DNA of 64,000 nucleotides from NCBI GenBank assembly GCA_963674695.2, contig CAXXGI010000002.1:96001-160000 (forward strand), read 5' to 3'. The position numbers and the translations under genes were made by a program. Positions 1 to 10,245 of the stretch are shown one piece after another. Below the pieces are notes generated by a model that saw only the letters and a list, made by a program, of their open reading frames with translations, did no database searches and was not told where the DNA came from. Position 1 is the first letter of the stretch, and every line of letters begins with the position of its first letter. Origin of the DNA: a bacterium (GTDB lineage Bacteria > UBA10199 > 2-02-FULL-44-16 > JAAZCA01).

Positions 1-673
1 CCAGACATCGTGTTCTCCTGTGTTAAGGGCTTTTGCATCGTGTGCTCTTTTGGTGAGGAGCTTTGAGATTTCTCCGCCGCACATGGGGTTTGTGTGGCGA
101 ACGATCTCCGTTTCACTGCCGTCCTTGAATTGAACGTAGACGCGAATCGAGAGTTCGTATGTGCCACCAGGGATCTTTGCGAAGAATGCCTTTGCCTTTG
201 TTGCTGCTTTGGCATTCGGAGTCCCCGCAGGCCCGACGTGTTCCAAGCGCTTTCCCTTGGCACTCTTTCCGACGAGGATAGACTTCGCGGTAAAGCCGGA
301 GACCACCTTGTCCTTCCACTTTTTTCCGACCTCCAGGCGTTTCCCCTCGTGCCACATCGCTTTGAGGTCGCCGATCTTCTCGTGGCTGATATTCACGGAA
401 GGCTTGGACTTGCCTTTGCTAGGGGAAACCCTTTCAAAGAGAGCCTCATTTTTCACATCGGTGATAAGGACTTTAAGACCTACGGGAACGTCCTGGCTTT
501 CAAAGATAATCTTTTTTTCCTTGCCCTCTTTAGTCTCTCTGCCGATGTCCGTGCAAGAATGGGGACGTTTCGAGCATCACTAGATCCTCCACGCCGTCCT
601 TATTGACATCGGTGATATAGATCAGATCGAATCGACACTCCGGGATGGGCTTTGCGGTAATCTTTTCGGACAT
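1..673 (-). pseudogene. Frameshifted paralogue of the 685-1269 hypothetical protein (runs off left edge)
   Basis: ATG at 673 gives MSEKITAKPIPECRFDLIYITDVNKDGVEDLV, which resembles MSGNTIAKPVKDCR..DVDGDGTKDVV, then stops near 530. Homology continues in another frame from about 575 (..SGFTAKSILVGKSAKGKRLE..GGTYELSIRVYVQF..HTNPMCG). Could be an assembly indel. Confidence 0.55.
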
Positions 674-684
674 GGTTTCCTCTT

Positions 685-1269
685 TTAAGGGTTGGATTCA
701 TGCGCAGTGCTCGGTCCGGTGCATATGGGATTATCCGTATTCAAGATGATTGCCTCTTCACCGCCGCCTTGGAGCTTGGCGTAGATACGGATCGAAATTT
801 CGTATCCACCTGAAAGCTTGTCGAGGAATTTGACAGGCTTATGAGAGGAAACACCAACTGGATAAGAATACTCCAATCGTTTTCCATTGGCATTCTTCCC
901 GGCAAAGACAACCTTCCCAGCAAAACCTGAAATCGTCCTTCCCTTGCACATATTTCCGACCTTCAACTCCATATTGCCATACGTTATCGATTTAAGATCT
1001 TCAATCTTTTTGAGATTGGCAGTCGCTGTAGCGGAGCTACAGAAACCCGGCTTATCGTCCGGTTTACAGATGACTTTTAGTTTTACATCGTTGACAAAGA
1101 CCTGGACTCCCCCTGGATACTGAAAACTGAGTCCCTTCTTGAGCCTGTCACTGTCCAGTGCTTGTAGAACCTGCACCACATCCTTTGTACCATCACCATC
1201 CACATCGAAGCGCATCATAAGGCCATTCCTACAATCCTTCACAGGTTTCGCTATAGTATTTCCAGACAT
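685..1269 (-). CDS. Hypothetical protein, member of tandem paralogue array
   Basis: ORF with GGAGG RBS before ATG 1269; clear similarity to the adjacent 1-673 region. Confidence 0.7.
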   Translation of the reverse strand: MSGNTIAKPVKDCRNGLMMRFDVDGDGTKDVVQVLQALDSDRLKKGLSFQYPGGVQVFVNDVKLKVICKPDDKPGFCSSATATANLKKIEDLKSITYGNMELKVGNMCKGRTISGFAGKVVFAGKNANGKRLEYSYPVGVSSHKPVKFLDKLSGGYEISIRIYAKLQGGGEEAIILNTDNPICTGPSTAHESNP

Positions 1270-1383
1270 GGTATCCTCCTTTGAAATTTGTTCGTTACCA
1301 TGTGTATCGCGTTTCACGCCGGTTTGTTGTGCAAAAAATGTGATTTCCGGCGAGATATCGTCCAGGAAGAAACGTCACTATTT

Positions 1384-4300
1384 TTAATCGGTCTTCTTCA
1401 GCGTGGAGGGTTCATCGGCAAGCCATTCGTTTGAGGGGATGAACGACATCGTCATGGGGGGAAGCGCGCGCGTCATCGCCTCGGCGAAGGCCTTGCCCTT
1501 CGATCGCAGGTCGTATGGATCGATCCCCACGAGCGCGGGGTGGTTCTCCTGCGTGAACTGGAAGAACGTGTCGTGAACGATCGACTGTAGTTTGTCATCG
1601 CATGTTCCGGCGCTATTGCGTTCATCATCTATCATCGCAACATAGGCACCGACGGGAGTGACTATTGCGCCGAATGTGCGATCGATGGGCGGCAAGTCGC
1701 TGGCATCGTAGGCGGATTTCAGCATCAGCCATGTCACCATGTCATGCGGTGACGGGTACTCCGTGGTGCCTATATCGCGTGAAATATCTGTATGATAACT
1801 AAGGTAGCCCAACGAGTTTATTGATCGAAACTCGGAGAGCATCGAACGTAAGTTCTCGCTCTTCATGAATGTGGTGACGTTGTTTGGCGTTTCGTAGATA
1901 CCAACCTCGATCCACCTGTTCAAGGGACGCTCATCCAGACCCACGCCCTTGGCATAGAAGAAGGCCTCCTCGGTCAATTGGGTTTCGGTGCACATGAAGA
2001 GATCCTTGACCCCCTGTTCGAACGTCCTGTCGCTCCAGTAGTGTGTTTCGTTTTCCATATTGGCCACGAGGGGCTTGTACGACTTGCGCTCCATCATAAA
2101 ACGGACGGTCTTCGGGGGGCTTGCCTGCGGTCCTATGCCGGCGACGATAGGTTGAGCTTTTTCAGCCGTGGATACATCCTGTTCAGATACATTCGACATC
2201 CGCTCTTGTCCGGTGAAGACATCGTGCTCATGCTCGATGGCCTTGATGCATTTCACCATCTCTTCTCTGGTTGGTATGTCAAACACCTTATCCGCACCTG
2301 AGAAACGCACCCGATCGACCCGGTATCCCTTGAAGAGCCTCTGTGGAATGGCAGCGAAGGCCTCGGGGGAGAGCGTCGGGAGGATGGCATCCAGATGGTA
2401 CTGGACGGCCTTTCTATGACTGAGGTCATAGTAGAAGATCCTATTCTCAGCTTTGTGGAACACCACCCTCCCTATCTCCGGCACATACCCTATTTTCGCC
2501 TTTGACCTATAGCGCTTCCTCTTTGGAATTTTGGCACGCAGGAATCTTTCTGTAATGAAGAGACGAATGGATTCATCCTCTATGCGCAACACCTGCTCCG
2601 CAGACGGCCAATTACCCATGCTCTGCAGAACAAAGAGCCCTTGGCGCATTCGTTCGAGCTCTGTTCCCCTAAACGGTTCGAAGATGAGATCGTAGGTGTG
2701 GTTGAAGATGCTATGGCTCCATCTTCCATATGTGATGGCGACCATCGCTGCGGCGCGCTTCTCATCGGGAGAGAGCGTTGACACGATTTCCTTCAGCGCT
2801 GCTTCCTCTCCATCCCGCAGTGTTGTCCGCAGCTCTTTTTCGATGAGGAGGAGCGCCGTGTCGAGGCGATGGTCTCGGTTTAGACGAGGCACGATGAGCG
2901 AGAGGAGGTGATTTTCACGAAGTTCCTCCTGCCCTCCGATTTCGCTGGTCGTAGAATCGACATCTCCGATCGCAAACTGCAGAAGGCTCCAGAGGGATGA
3001 CTCAAACTGTACGGATGCGACGGCGAGTTTTAGTATCTCCAATGATTTTTCCGCAGAGGACCAGTAGTCGCTATGCTTGTTATTGAAGATGAGCGCCTTG
3101 ATCAACTCGACGCGCGCGACGTCTGGTGCTTGCTTCAACAGTTCTTTCAAACGATTCGAATCGATATGGCAATTTTCCTCGGCACCCTCCTTTGCACAGA
3201 GGCCGACCGCGATCGACGAATCGTCGAGAAGATCGAGAAATCGCTCCGTATGCACTAGGGCACGCTTCAATGGGCCGCTCATCACCAGGCGTACACCCTT
3301 TTCCCGTGCGAGATGGGCGACGTTCAGGGGATCACACACTTTCGACGCGTCGGCGTAGTCATCGGTGAGGATGATCATAGCCTTCGCCACATCCTTTGCT
3401 GTCGATAATACATCACGCTTCAAGACATCCTTCATCGCGGACCAGGTTGTCTCCTGCTTCTTGCCGTTGAGGCGGATGATTTGCTTCATCGCCTTGATGA
3501 AGGCACGGGTCTGTTCCTTCTCGGATCCGGTGCCTGAGATCGTGACGTGATGCTCGGTTTTGCCATCGGCATAGCTCCAGATCCGAATGGATACATTGCC
3601 GTCCACCGCTTGTGCACGTGCCTGTCGGATGATATCCGGGGCGTAGGCGATGAACCCATCGAGGAGCTCGGTCATGCTCTCGGTGATATCGACGAGCAGC
3701 GCGATCTCATAGTGCTCGGCCGGTTTCGGCAGCTTCAATCCGTCGAGGAGGTTGTTCACGAGGGCGGCAGTTTTGTCCCTGTGTCTTTGGCGACGGGCCA
3801 TGGGCGGCGTGCGGTCGGCCTCTTCGTTAGGCGGCAGGATGCTCGACCCCACCCCCTCGCGGCACCAGCCGGCCGAGGGCTTGGCGCGCCAGTGGAGTGC
3901 GATCGGATAGGCGCATATCGGAAAATTCAATTCTCCCTGGAAGAGACCGTCCTCCCGGGAGAGCTCTTTTGTTTCGACGCGCGTGATACCGCAGAAGGCA
4001 TCGACGGTGACGCTCTCCCATTGGCTTTTCTGGGGCTCCTCGACGATGATCTTCGCATTATCATCGTATCTGGTGTATCTCTCGACAGAGACATCCAGAT
4101 CATAGGGGAGCTTCTGAATAGTTTCGCATCCCGGGAGGGTTGCAAAACATCCATTCCCCTTCTCGCCGAGCGTGTCGATGAGCTGTTCGTAGACCGTCTG
4201 TGCATCATCAAGGCTGTTGCGACCCATCGGAATCGGCGAACATTCGGATTTGCTCCGCGAACGAATGGCGTCGTAGCGATCCGGATTGAAGACCCATGCC

Positions 4301-4770
4301 GATTTGCCATCCGCATCCGCTAGGGCGGCGTTCTGCACGAGGAGCCGGAAGGTCTCCGAGCCGCGCAGGGCATCTGCCAGGCGGAAGAGGATGTCGAGAT
4401 ATCGTGCATGAATCTCTGGATGGCGATCGATCAGGTCGAGGATATTGGCCGCATCGATGCCGAGGGAGAGGATCTTCTCGCGCGCCTGCTGCAGCAGCCC
4501 CCGAACCTCCTCCTCCGAGAGCATGACGCAATCCTTCTCTGAAATGGAGAAACAGATCGTCGTTTGCCTTCCTTCGAGCGCATAGTCGACGATCTTCTCG
4601 ATCTCGTCGAGTCCTTCGGAGAGGGCCTTCATATCGCCGGTGAAGGGCTGCCGCATCGCACGGACGCGCGGATTGGTCAGGCGTGCCCCGCCATCCTTCG
4701 CATCGACCGTTTTCGTCGATGCGGCGAACGGAATCGGCCCGGCGATGTGGTCGGTATCGGACATAGACAA
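1384..4770 (-). CDS. Large hypothetical protein with central vWA domain
   Basis: 1128-aa ORF; IALLVDITESM (MIDAS-like DxTxS) and MIILTD motifs. Confidence 0.65.
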   Translation of the reverse strand: MSMSDTDHIAGPIPFAASTKTVDAKDGGARLTNPRVRAMRQPFTGDMKALSEGLDEIEKIVDYALEGRQTTICFSISEKDCVMLSEEEVRGLLQQAREKILSLGIDAANILDLIDRHPEIHARYLDILFRLADALRGSETFRLLVQNAALADADGKSAWVFNPDRYDAIRSRSKSECSPIPMGRNSLDDAQTVYEQLIDTLGEKGNGCFATLPGCETIQKLPYDLDVSVERYTRYDDNAKIIVEEPQKSQWESVTVDAFCGITRVETKELSREDGLFQGELNFPICAYPIALHWRAKPSAGWCREGVGSSILPPNEEADRTPPMARRQRHRDKTAALVNNLLDGLKLPKPAEHYEIALLVDITESMTELLDGFIAYAPDIIRQARAQAVDGNVSIRIWSYADGKTEHHVTISGTGSEKEQTRAFIKAMKQIIRLNGKKQETTWSAMKDVLKRDVLSTAKDVAKAMIILTDDYADASKVCDPLNVAHLAREKGVRLVMSGPLKRALVHTERFLDLLDDSSIAVGLCAKEGAEENCHIDSNRLKELLKQAPDVARVELIKALIFNNKHSDYWSSAEKSLEILKLAVASVQFESSLWSLLQFAIGDVDSTTSEIGGQEELRENHLLSLIVPRLNRDHRLDTALLLIEKELRTTLRDGEEAALKEIVSTLSPDEKRAAAMVAITYGRWSHSIFNHTYDLIFEPFRGTELERMRQGLFVLQSMGNWPSAEQVLRIEDESIRLFITERFLRAKIPKRKRYRSKAKIGYVPEIGRVVFHKAENRIFYYDLSHRKAVQYHLDAILPTLSPEAFAAIPQRLFKGYRVDRVRFSGADKVFDIPTREEMVKCIKAIEHEHDVFTGQERMSNVSEQDVSTAEKAQPIVAGIGPQASPPKTVRFMMERKSYKPLVANMENETHYWSDRTFEQGVKDLFMCTETQLTEEAFFYAKGVGLDERPLNRWIEVGIYETPNNVTTFMKSENLRSMLSEFRSINSLGYLSYHTDISRDIGTTEYPSPHDMVTWLMLKSAYDASDLPPIDRTFGAIVTPVGAYVAMIDDERNSAGTCDDKLQSIVHDTFFQFTQENHPALVGIDPYDLRSKGKAFAEAMTRALPPMTMSFIPSNEWLADEPSTLKKTD

Positions 4771-4871
4771 GAGAATTATCGGCAGATTTTGCGAAATGGT
4801 GTGTGTGGATTATCGAGATACGGGCAATTCTGAAGACAAGTGTCTGGAAGTCGGCCGATGAGAAATGTCAT

Positions 4872-6038
4872 TCAATAGAACAAACGCTTTGTGCGTTCTG
4901 CGAGCATCCTCTTCGGCGTCTGGGCCATCTGTTTTAAATCGTCGAGCGTGAGCGTGGCGATCTGTTCGCGAAAGTGTGCGGAGCCGGTCAGCAGGTCGAT
5001 GGCGGGTTTGTCCGTGACGAACTCATATGGATGTTCATTCCACACAAACCCCGCATCGCCGTACATCTTGCGCACCAGCCAGATGAAGGCGAGCCCCGTC
5101 AGATAGGGGCGAAAGGCGTGTGCGTCGCTCACGACCCAACGAAACCCATGACAGACGTGCGCGGCCCACTTGCGGCTCGTCGGGATGAACGATGTGGGCG
5201 CGGCGTGAACGCCGGGGAGCGCGAGCGCCTCGAAGGCGTCGAACAGATCGTCCGTGTCGATGAAGGGGGCGCCGACGATATCGAAGGGCGTGTCGGTTCC
5301 GCGCCCCTCCGAGAGGTTCGTTCCCTCCAAGAGGCACATTCCCGGATAGAGGAGTGCGGCGTTATAGGAGCGCATGTTCGGCGATGGATTGACCCAGGCA
5401 AGCCCCGTGTCCGGCCAGTTCATCGATCGCGTCCACCCCTCCATCGGGACGACGGTGAGGTCACCGCCGATTTTCTCCCGATCGTTCATCCACTGAACGA
5501 TCTCTCCGATCGTCAGGCCGTGGCGGACGGGGATTGAGTGGAGTCCGACGAACGATTCGAACTCCGCCTCGATCGGGCCCCCCTCGACGATCTCCCCGCC
5601 GAGCGGATTGGGTCGGTCGCAGAGGACGATGGGTTTTCCCGCGCGCGCGCAGGCCTTCAAGCAGAGTACGGCGGTCCAAACATAAGTGTAATAGCGGCTG
5701 CCGATGTCCTGCAGGTCGATGACGAGCGCGTCGATCCCCTCGAGCATCTCGGGTGTGGGTGTGAGCGATTCGAATGTCGGTCCATAGAGACTGAAGATGG
5801 GCAGACCGCTTTTGGGATCCCGTCCCCCATCCACCGGCTCCATGTCCTGTGCGTGGCCCTCGATGCCGTGTTCGGGTCCGAAGAGGGCTGCGACAATGAT
5901 CTCCGCGTCGGCCTGCATGCGCGCGATCACCGGCGTGCCGTCGGCCGTCCGGCTGGCGGCATGGACGAGCAGGCCCAGGCGTTTGCCCACGATCCGCGCG
6001 CGCTCCTCCTGCAACAAAATGTCGATCCCCATCCGCAT
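4872..6038 (-). CDS. namZ: Exo-beta-N-acetylmuramidase NamZ (DUF1343) family
   Basis: LFGPEHG, DLQDIGSRYYTY, DRPNPLGG, WVNPSPNM and SEGRGT motifs. Confidence 0.9.
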   Translation of the reverse strand: MRMGIDILLQEERARIVGKRLGLLVHAASRTADGTPVIARMQADAEIIVAALFGPEHGIEGHAQDMEPVDGGRDPKSGLPIFSLYGPTFESLTPTPEMLEGIDALVIDLQDIGSRYYTYVWTAVLCLKACARAGKPIVLCDRPNPLGGEIVEGGPIEAEFESFVGLHSIPVRHGLTIGEIVQWMNDREKIGGDLTVVPMEGWTRSMNWPDTGLAWVNPSPNMRSYNAALLYPGMCLLEGTNLSEGRGTDTPFDIVGAPFIDTDDLFDAFEALALPGVHAAPTSFIPTSRKWAAHVCHGFRWVVSDAHAFRPYLTGLAFIWLVRKMYGDAGFVWNEHPYEFVTDKPAIDLLTGSAHFREQIATLTLDDLKQMAQTPKRMLAERTKRLFY

Positions 6039-6178
6039 GATGGATCCTTCTACCAGATGGGCGCGCAAAAGACCACGATGCCTGATCGATCGCCGGGGAG
6101 GGGAAAGCTGTTTATTTATAAATATCAGCGTGTTAACTTGTGTCCACCGGGACGGGGTTCAGCCGTTTCGTCCAGAGT

Positions 6179-6195
6179 CTGGCACAAAAATTGCT
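6179..6195 (+). promoter_or_regulatory. Sigma-54 (-24/-12) promoter
   Basis: CTGGCACAAAAATTGCT matches TGGCAC-N5-TTGC with GG-N10-GC spacing, about 40 nt upstream of ATG 6237. Confidence 0.8.
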
Positions 6196-6236
6196 ATTAA
6201 TGATGTCTGGTACACCTTCTTCGAGGGGGATGCCGT

Positions 6237-7067
6237 ATGCCGAATATCTATGAATACAGCGACTACCGTGCCTTCATCCGCGACTCCTTTGAAGAGATGA
6301 AGACGGGCGCGAAGGGGATGTCCTATCGCAAGTTTGCCGGGCTCGCGGGCATTTCGAGCGTGGGATATCTCAAGCTCGTCATCGACGGTGCGCGCAACCT
6401 GAAGAGCGAGACCGTGCGCAAGTTCATCAAGGCGCTCAAACTCAAGGGGCGCGATGCCGATTTTTTTCACCTCCTCGTGCAGCAGAATCAGGCGAGCGAT
6501 CCGGAGGAGCGCGCCGAACTCTTCGAGCGGCTCATGACGTTCAAGCGCTTTCACGACATTCACCGTATGGAGAAGGACCTCTACGATCTCTTCTCGCGCT
6601 GGTATGTTCCGGCGACCTATGAGCTCGCCCTCCTGCCGAGCTTTCAGGCCGATCCGAAATGGATCGCCCGGATGCTCACGCCGCGGATCAGCGTTGCCGA
6701 GGCGCGCCACGCCCTCGAGGTGCTCGAACACCTCAAGCTCCTCGAGATCGACGCGCGGACGAAGAAGGGCAAGCGCTGCAAGGTTCGCCTGAGTACGCCT
6801 GACGAGGTGATGAGCATCGCGGTCTATGGATTTCAAAAGGAGATGCTGACGTTGGCGCATCACAATCTGCGTCATCGCACGCACGAGGAGCGCGAGATCT
6901 CGGGGCTGACCATCGGGTTGACGCAGAAACAATTCGAAACGATGCGCGATCGGATGCGCGAGTTTCGACGCAGCATCCATGCCGAGTTTTCATCGGCAGC
7001 GAAGGCCGATGCGGTCTATCAGCTCAACCTGCAACTCTTTCCCTTAAGCGAGGTGGATCATGAATAG
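6237..7067 (+). CDS. TIGR02147/DUF4423 family protein (HTH N-terminus)
   Basis: IYEYSDYRAFIRD..SYRKFA..YLKLVIDGARNL N-terminus and VYQLNLQLFPL C-terminus are typical of this family. Confidence 0.85.
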   Translation: MPNIYEYSDYRAFIRDSFEEMKTGAKGMSYRKFAGLAGISSVGYLKLVIDGARNLKSETVRKFIKALKLKGRDADFFHLLVQQNQASDPEERAELFERLMTFKRFHDIHRMEKDLYDLFSRWYVPATYELALLPSFQADPKWIARMLTPRISVAEARHALEVLEHLKLLEIDARTKKGKRCKVRLSTPDEVMSIAVYGFQKEMLTLAHHNLRHRTHEEREISGLTIGLTQKQFETMRDRMREFRRSIHAEFSSAAKADAVYQLNLQLFPLSEVDHE

Positions 7068-7920
7068 AATCTTCATCATTGGAATGATGGCGGCACTGAC
7101 CCTTGCATGCGCTTGCAGCGGGCCGCAGCGCGGCATCGAGGCGGGCAATCCCGTCGGCTCCGAGGGACAGCAGCAGGTCCAATATATGAGCCAGGTCTTC
7201 GACGAGCTCTCGATCGCGTTCGACGTGGAGTGGTGTCTGGTGGGTGCGGAACAGTCCGAGACGCAGGAACGCATCCTCTTCGAGCCCTGCCCACAGACCG
7301 ATCCCGCGCAACAGGTCCTCATCGTCTTCGGCTGCACGATCGATCCGCCGACGATGCGTTCGGTCGAACAGGAAACGAGCGGTACTTATGCGTATGAGGA
7401 ACATCTCCTGATCGACGGCGTGCGCGTCTGTGCTTCGGGCACCCTCCTGGAGGATCACCTCCCCTTCACGATCATGGCCGACGGCGTTCCGGCACAAGGG
7501 AGCCAGGGCGGCGAGGATGCTGGAGAGAAGGGAAAGGCGATGGACCTTCCCGACATTCCGGATGCCGGGCGTGCGACGATGACCAATCACGTCGTCGATG
7601 TCGAAGTGGAAGGTGAGGGGGATGCTGGCGGCGGCGGCGCTCGCGAGGACGCCGAAGTCGACAGACATGAGCCTGAAGCGGTCGGAAGTCCCTCCGACGG
7701 GCATGTCGACGGACGACCTCACGGGCAGCGGCCGCAGGCGACGAGCCCTGGGGCCAGTGCCATCGGCACGCCGCAGGCCGCGGGCGAGACGACGGAGACA
7801 CCGTCGCCACAGCGTTTACAGCAATCGCCGCAGGTGCAGAGAGAGGCGAGTCCGCAACCGATGCAGCGCCAAGGGGGGGTGCGGTCGTATCGCCCGATCG
7901 GCGAGGACGACGACGATTGA
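7060..7920 (+). CDS. Putative lipoprotein with low-complexity C-terminus
   Basis: Signal peptide with lipobox-like LACAC; start overlaps the upstream stop. Confidence 0.6.
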   Translation: MNRIFIIGMMAALTLACACSGPQRGIEAGNPVGSEGQQQVQYMSQVFDELSIAFDVEWCLVGAEQSETQERILFEPCPQTDPAQQVLIVFGCTIDPPTMRSVEQETSGTYAYEEHLLIDGVRVCASGTLLEDHLPFTIMADGVPAQGSQGGEDAGEKGKAMDLPDIPDAGRATMTNHVVDVEVEGEGDAGGGGAREDAEVDRHEPEAVGSPSDGHVDGRPHGQRPQATSPGASAIGTPQAAGETTETPSPQRLQQSPQVQREASPQPMQRQGGVRSYRPIGEDDDD

Positions 7921-8015
7921 CGATCGATCCGCTGCGTTGACAAGAACGGGCGGATTGCCTACATAGTTTCAATGATTCAGGGGGATTTGTTCACAGATAT
8001 CATTGGTTGAACCAC

Positions 8016-8051
8016 GGACGCCGGTGCGAGAAACGCCCGGCGTCCTTTTTT
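8016..8051 (+). terminator. Intrinsic terminator-like hairpin upstream of OPT gene
   Basis: GGACGCCGG...CCGGCGTCC followed by a T-tract. Confidence 0.65.
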
Positions 8052-8076
8052 ATTCGCACGTCAAAAGGAGGGGAAC

Positions 8077-10107
8077 ATGGAACACACGGGTGCGTCGGGC
8101 CTACCGGCAAATGCCTACACCGAGCTCAAGTCGGGCGAGGTCTATCAGCCGATCGTCCCGGCCGATAAGCTCGTGCCGGAGATCACCGTTCGTTCGGTGG
8201 TCATCGGCATCATCATGGCGATTCTCTTCTCCGGTGCGGCGGCCTTTCTGGGGCTCAAAATCGCACAGGTTTTCGAGGCGGCCATTCCCATCGCGATCTT
8301 GGCCGTGGGGCTGGGCGGCATCTTTCGCCGCAAGTCGACCATCCTGGAGAACGTCATCATCCAGTCGATCGGCGCGGCCTCCGGGCTCGTGGTGGCCGGA
8401 GCCATCTTCACCCTGCCGGCGCTCTTCATCCTGGAGCTCGACCAGCATGTGAACATCTTCCAGCTCTTCGTCGCGTCGGTCTTGGGCGGCGTGATCGGCG
8501 TGCTCTTTCTCGTGCCGCTGCGGCGCTACTTCGTCTCCGACATGCACGGCAAGCTCCCCTTTCCCGAGGCGACGGCGACCACCGAGGTGCTCGTGGCCGG
8601 TGCCAAGGGTGGCGATCAGGCCAAGATCTTAGCGGTGGCCGCAGTGATCGGCGGTGTCTACGACTTCCTCTCGATCGCCCTGCGCGCCTGGGCCGAGGAG
8701 TTCTCCACCAGCATGGTCTCCCTCTTTGCGCCACTGACGAACAAGGTCAAGGCGGTGCTCTCCATCAATACGGGCGCGGCCGTTATGGGCCTGGGCTACA
8801 TCGTGGGTCTGCGGTACGCGATGATCATCGCCTGCGGTTCCTTCCTCTCCTGGTTCGTCTTCATTCCGCTCTTCAATCACCTGGGCGGGTTCATCGAGAT
8901 CGTCATTGCCCCGGCCGAGGGGGGGCTCCTCATCGAATCGATGAGCGCGCACCAGATCTTCGTGCACTATGTGCGCTACATCGGCATCGGCGCCATCTTC
9001 GCCGCAGGGCTCATCGGCATCATCAAGTCGAGCCCGATCATTTTGCAGGCGTTCACCAAGGGGTTTAAGGGTATCTTCGCTTCGCGCAAGGCGCATGAGG
9101 GCGAAGGGAAGGTCGAACGCACGCAGCGTGACATCCCGATGTCGATTGTCGTCATTGGACTCATGGCGCTGGTCGTCGTGACCTGGCTCTTCTTCCGTTA
9201 CTCGATTTTGGCGACGCAGGCGAACCCTGGCGGGATCAGCCTCATCGCTCTTCTCGTGGTCTTCGTGATTTCATTCCTCTTCACCACGGTCGCCGCGCAG
9301 GCGATCGCCATCGTCGGCATCAACCCGGTCTCGGGGATGACGCTGATGACGCTGATCATCAGTTGTCTCATTCTCGTGGCGGCGGGGCTCTCCGGTCCGT
9401 ATGGAATGATGGCGGCGCTGCTCATCGGCGGTGTGGTCTGTACCGCGCTCTCGATGGCGGGTGGGCTCATCACCGACCTCAAGGTCGGTTACTGGATCGG
9501 TTCGACGCCGTCGCGTCAGCAGTGGTGTAAGATCCTCGGCACGGTCTTCGCTGCCATTACGGTTGCAGCGGTCATCATCATGCTCAACAAGGTCTATGGC
9601 TTCGTGCCCTCGCCCGAACATCCCCGCCCGTTGCCGGCGCCGCAGGCCAACGCCATGGCGGCGGTCATCAAGGGGATCATGGCGGCCGGAACCGCGCCGT
9701 GGCTCCTCTACGGCGTGGGCGCCGTGATCGCCATCATGATGGAACTGCTGGGCATTTCGCCGCTGGCCTTTGCGCTGGGCATGTACATCCCGATCTCGCT
9801 CAACACGCCGATCCTCGTCGGTGCCTTTGTGGCGCACCTGGTGCAGAAGTCGGCGAAGGGGAACGAAGGTCTGGCCAACGCCCGTCGCGAACGCGGCACG
9901 CTCATCGCCTCGGGCTTTATCGCCGGTGGCGCGCTCATGGGCGTCTTCGGTGCGGTGCTGCGCTACATCGAGACGGAGACGGGTGCCACGCTCCTGCCCG
10001 ATTTCCACAACGAGGGCGTCTTTGGTAATTGGCTCGGGCTCGTCATGCTGGGGCTGCTCTGCCTCTACGTCTTCTGGGATGCCAAGCGGGCCAAGATAGA
10101 GGCATAG
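8077..10107 (+). CDS. OPT family oligopeptide transporter
   Basis: Multi-TM protein; PEITVRS, ENVIIQSIG, LPFPEATA, DLKVGYWIGSTP, PAPQANAM motifs. Confidence 0.92.
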   Translation: MEHTGASGLPANAYTELKSGEVYQPIVPADKLVPEITVRSVVIGIIMAILFSGAAAFLGLKIAQVFEAAIPIAILAVGLGGIFRRKSTILENVIIQSIGAASGLVVAGAIFTLPALFILELDQHVNIFQLFVASVLGGVIGVLFLVPLRRYFVSDMHGKLPFPEATATTEVLVAGAKGGDQAKILAVAAVIGGVYDFLSIALRAWAEEFSTSMVSLFAPLTNKVKAVLSINTGAAVMGLGYIVGLRYAMIIACGSFLSWFVFIPLFNHLGGFIEIVIAPAEGGLLIESMSAHQIFVHYVRYIGIGAIFAAGLIGIIKSSPIILQAFTKGFKGIFASRKAHEGEGKVERTQRDIPMSIVVIGLMALVVVTWLFFRYSILATQANPGGISLIALLVVFVISFLFTTVAAQAIAIVGINPVSGMTLMTLIISCLILVAAGLSGPYGMMAALLIGGVVCTALSMAGGLITDLKVGYWIGSTPSRQQWCKILGTVFAAITVAAVIIMLNKVYGFVPSPEHPRPLPAPQANAMAAVIKGIMAAGTAPWLLYGVGAVIAIMMELLGISPLAFALGMYIPISLNTPILVGAFVAHLVQKSAKGNEGLANARRERGTLIASGFIAGGALMGVFGAVLRYIETETGATLLPDFHNEGVFGNWLGLVMLGLLCLYVFWDAKRAKIEA

Positions 10108-10131
10108 GTCGTATCATCGTGCAATTGCACT

Positions 10132-10172
10132 GCAATCCCTCGGCGCTCAAGCGCCGGGGGATTGTTTTTTTC
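10132..10172 (+). terminator. Intrinsic terminator
   Basis: CAATCCCTCGGCGC/GCGCCGGGGGATTG stem followed by a T-run. Confidence 0.7.
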
Positions 10173-10245
10173 CGCCGCATCCTTGACGGCGCGTGGGGCG
10201 CTGTACTAGCGTGGGCGCTCCAATCGCAACCCAAGGAGGTTTTTC

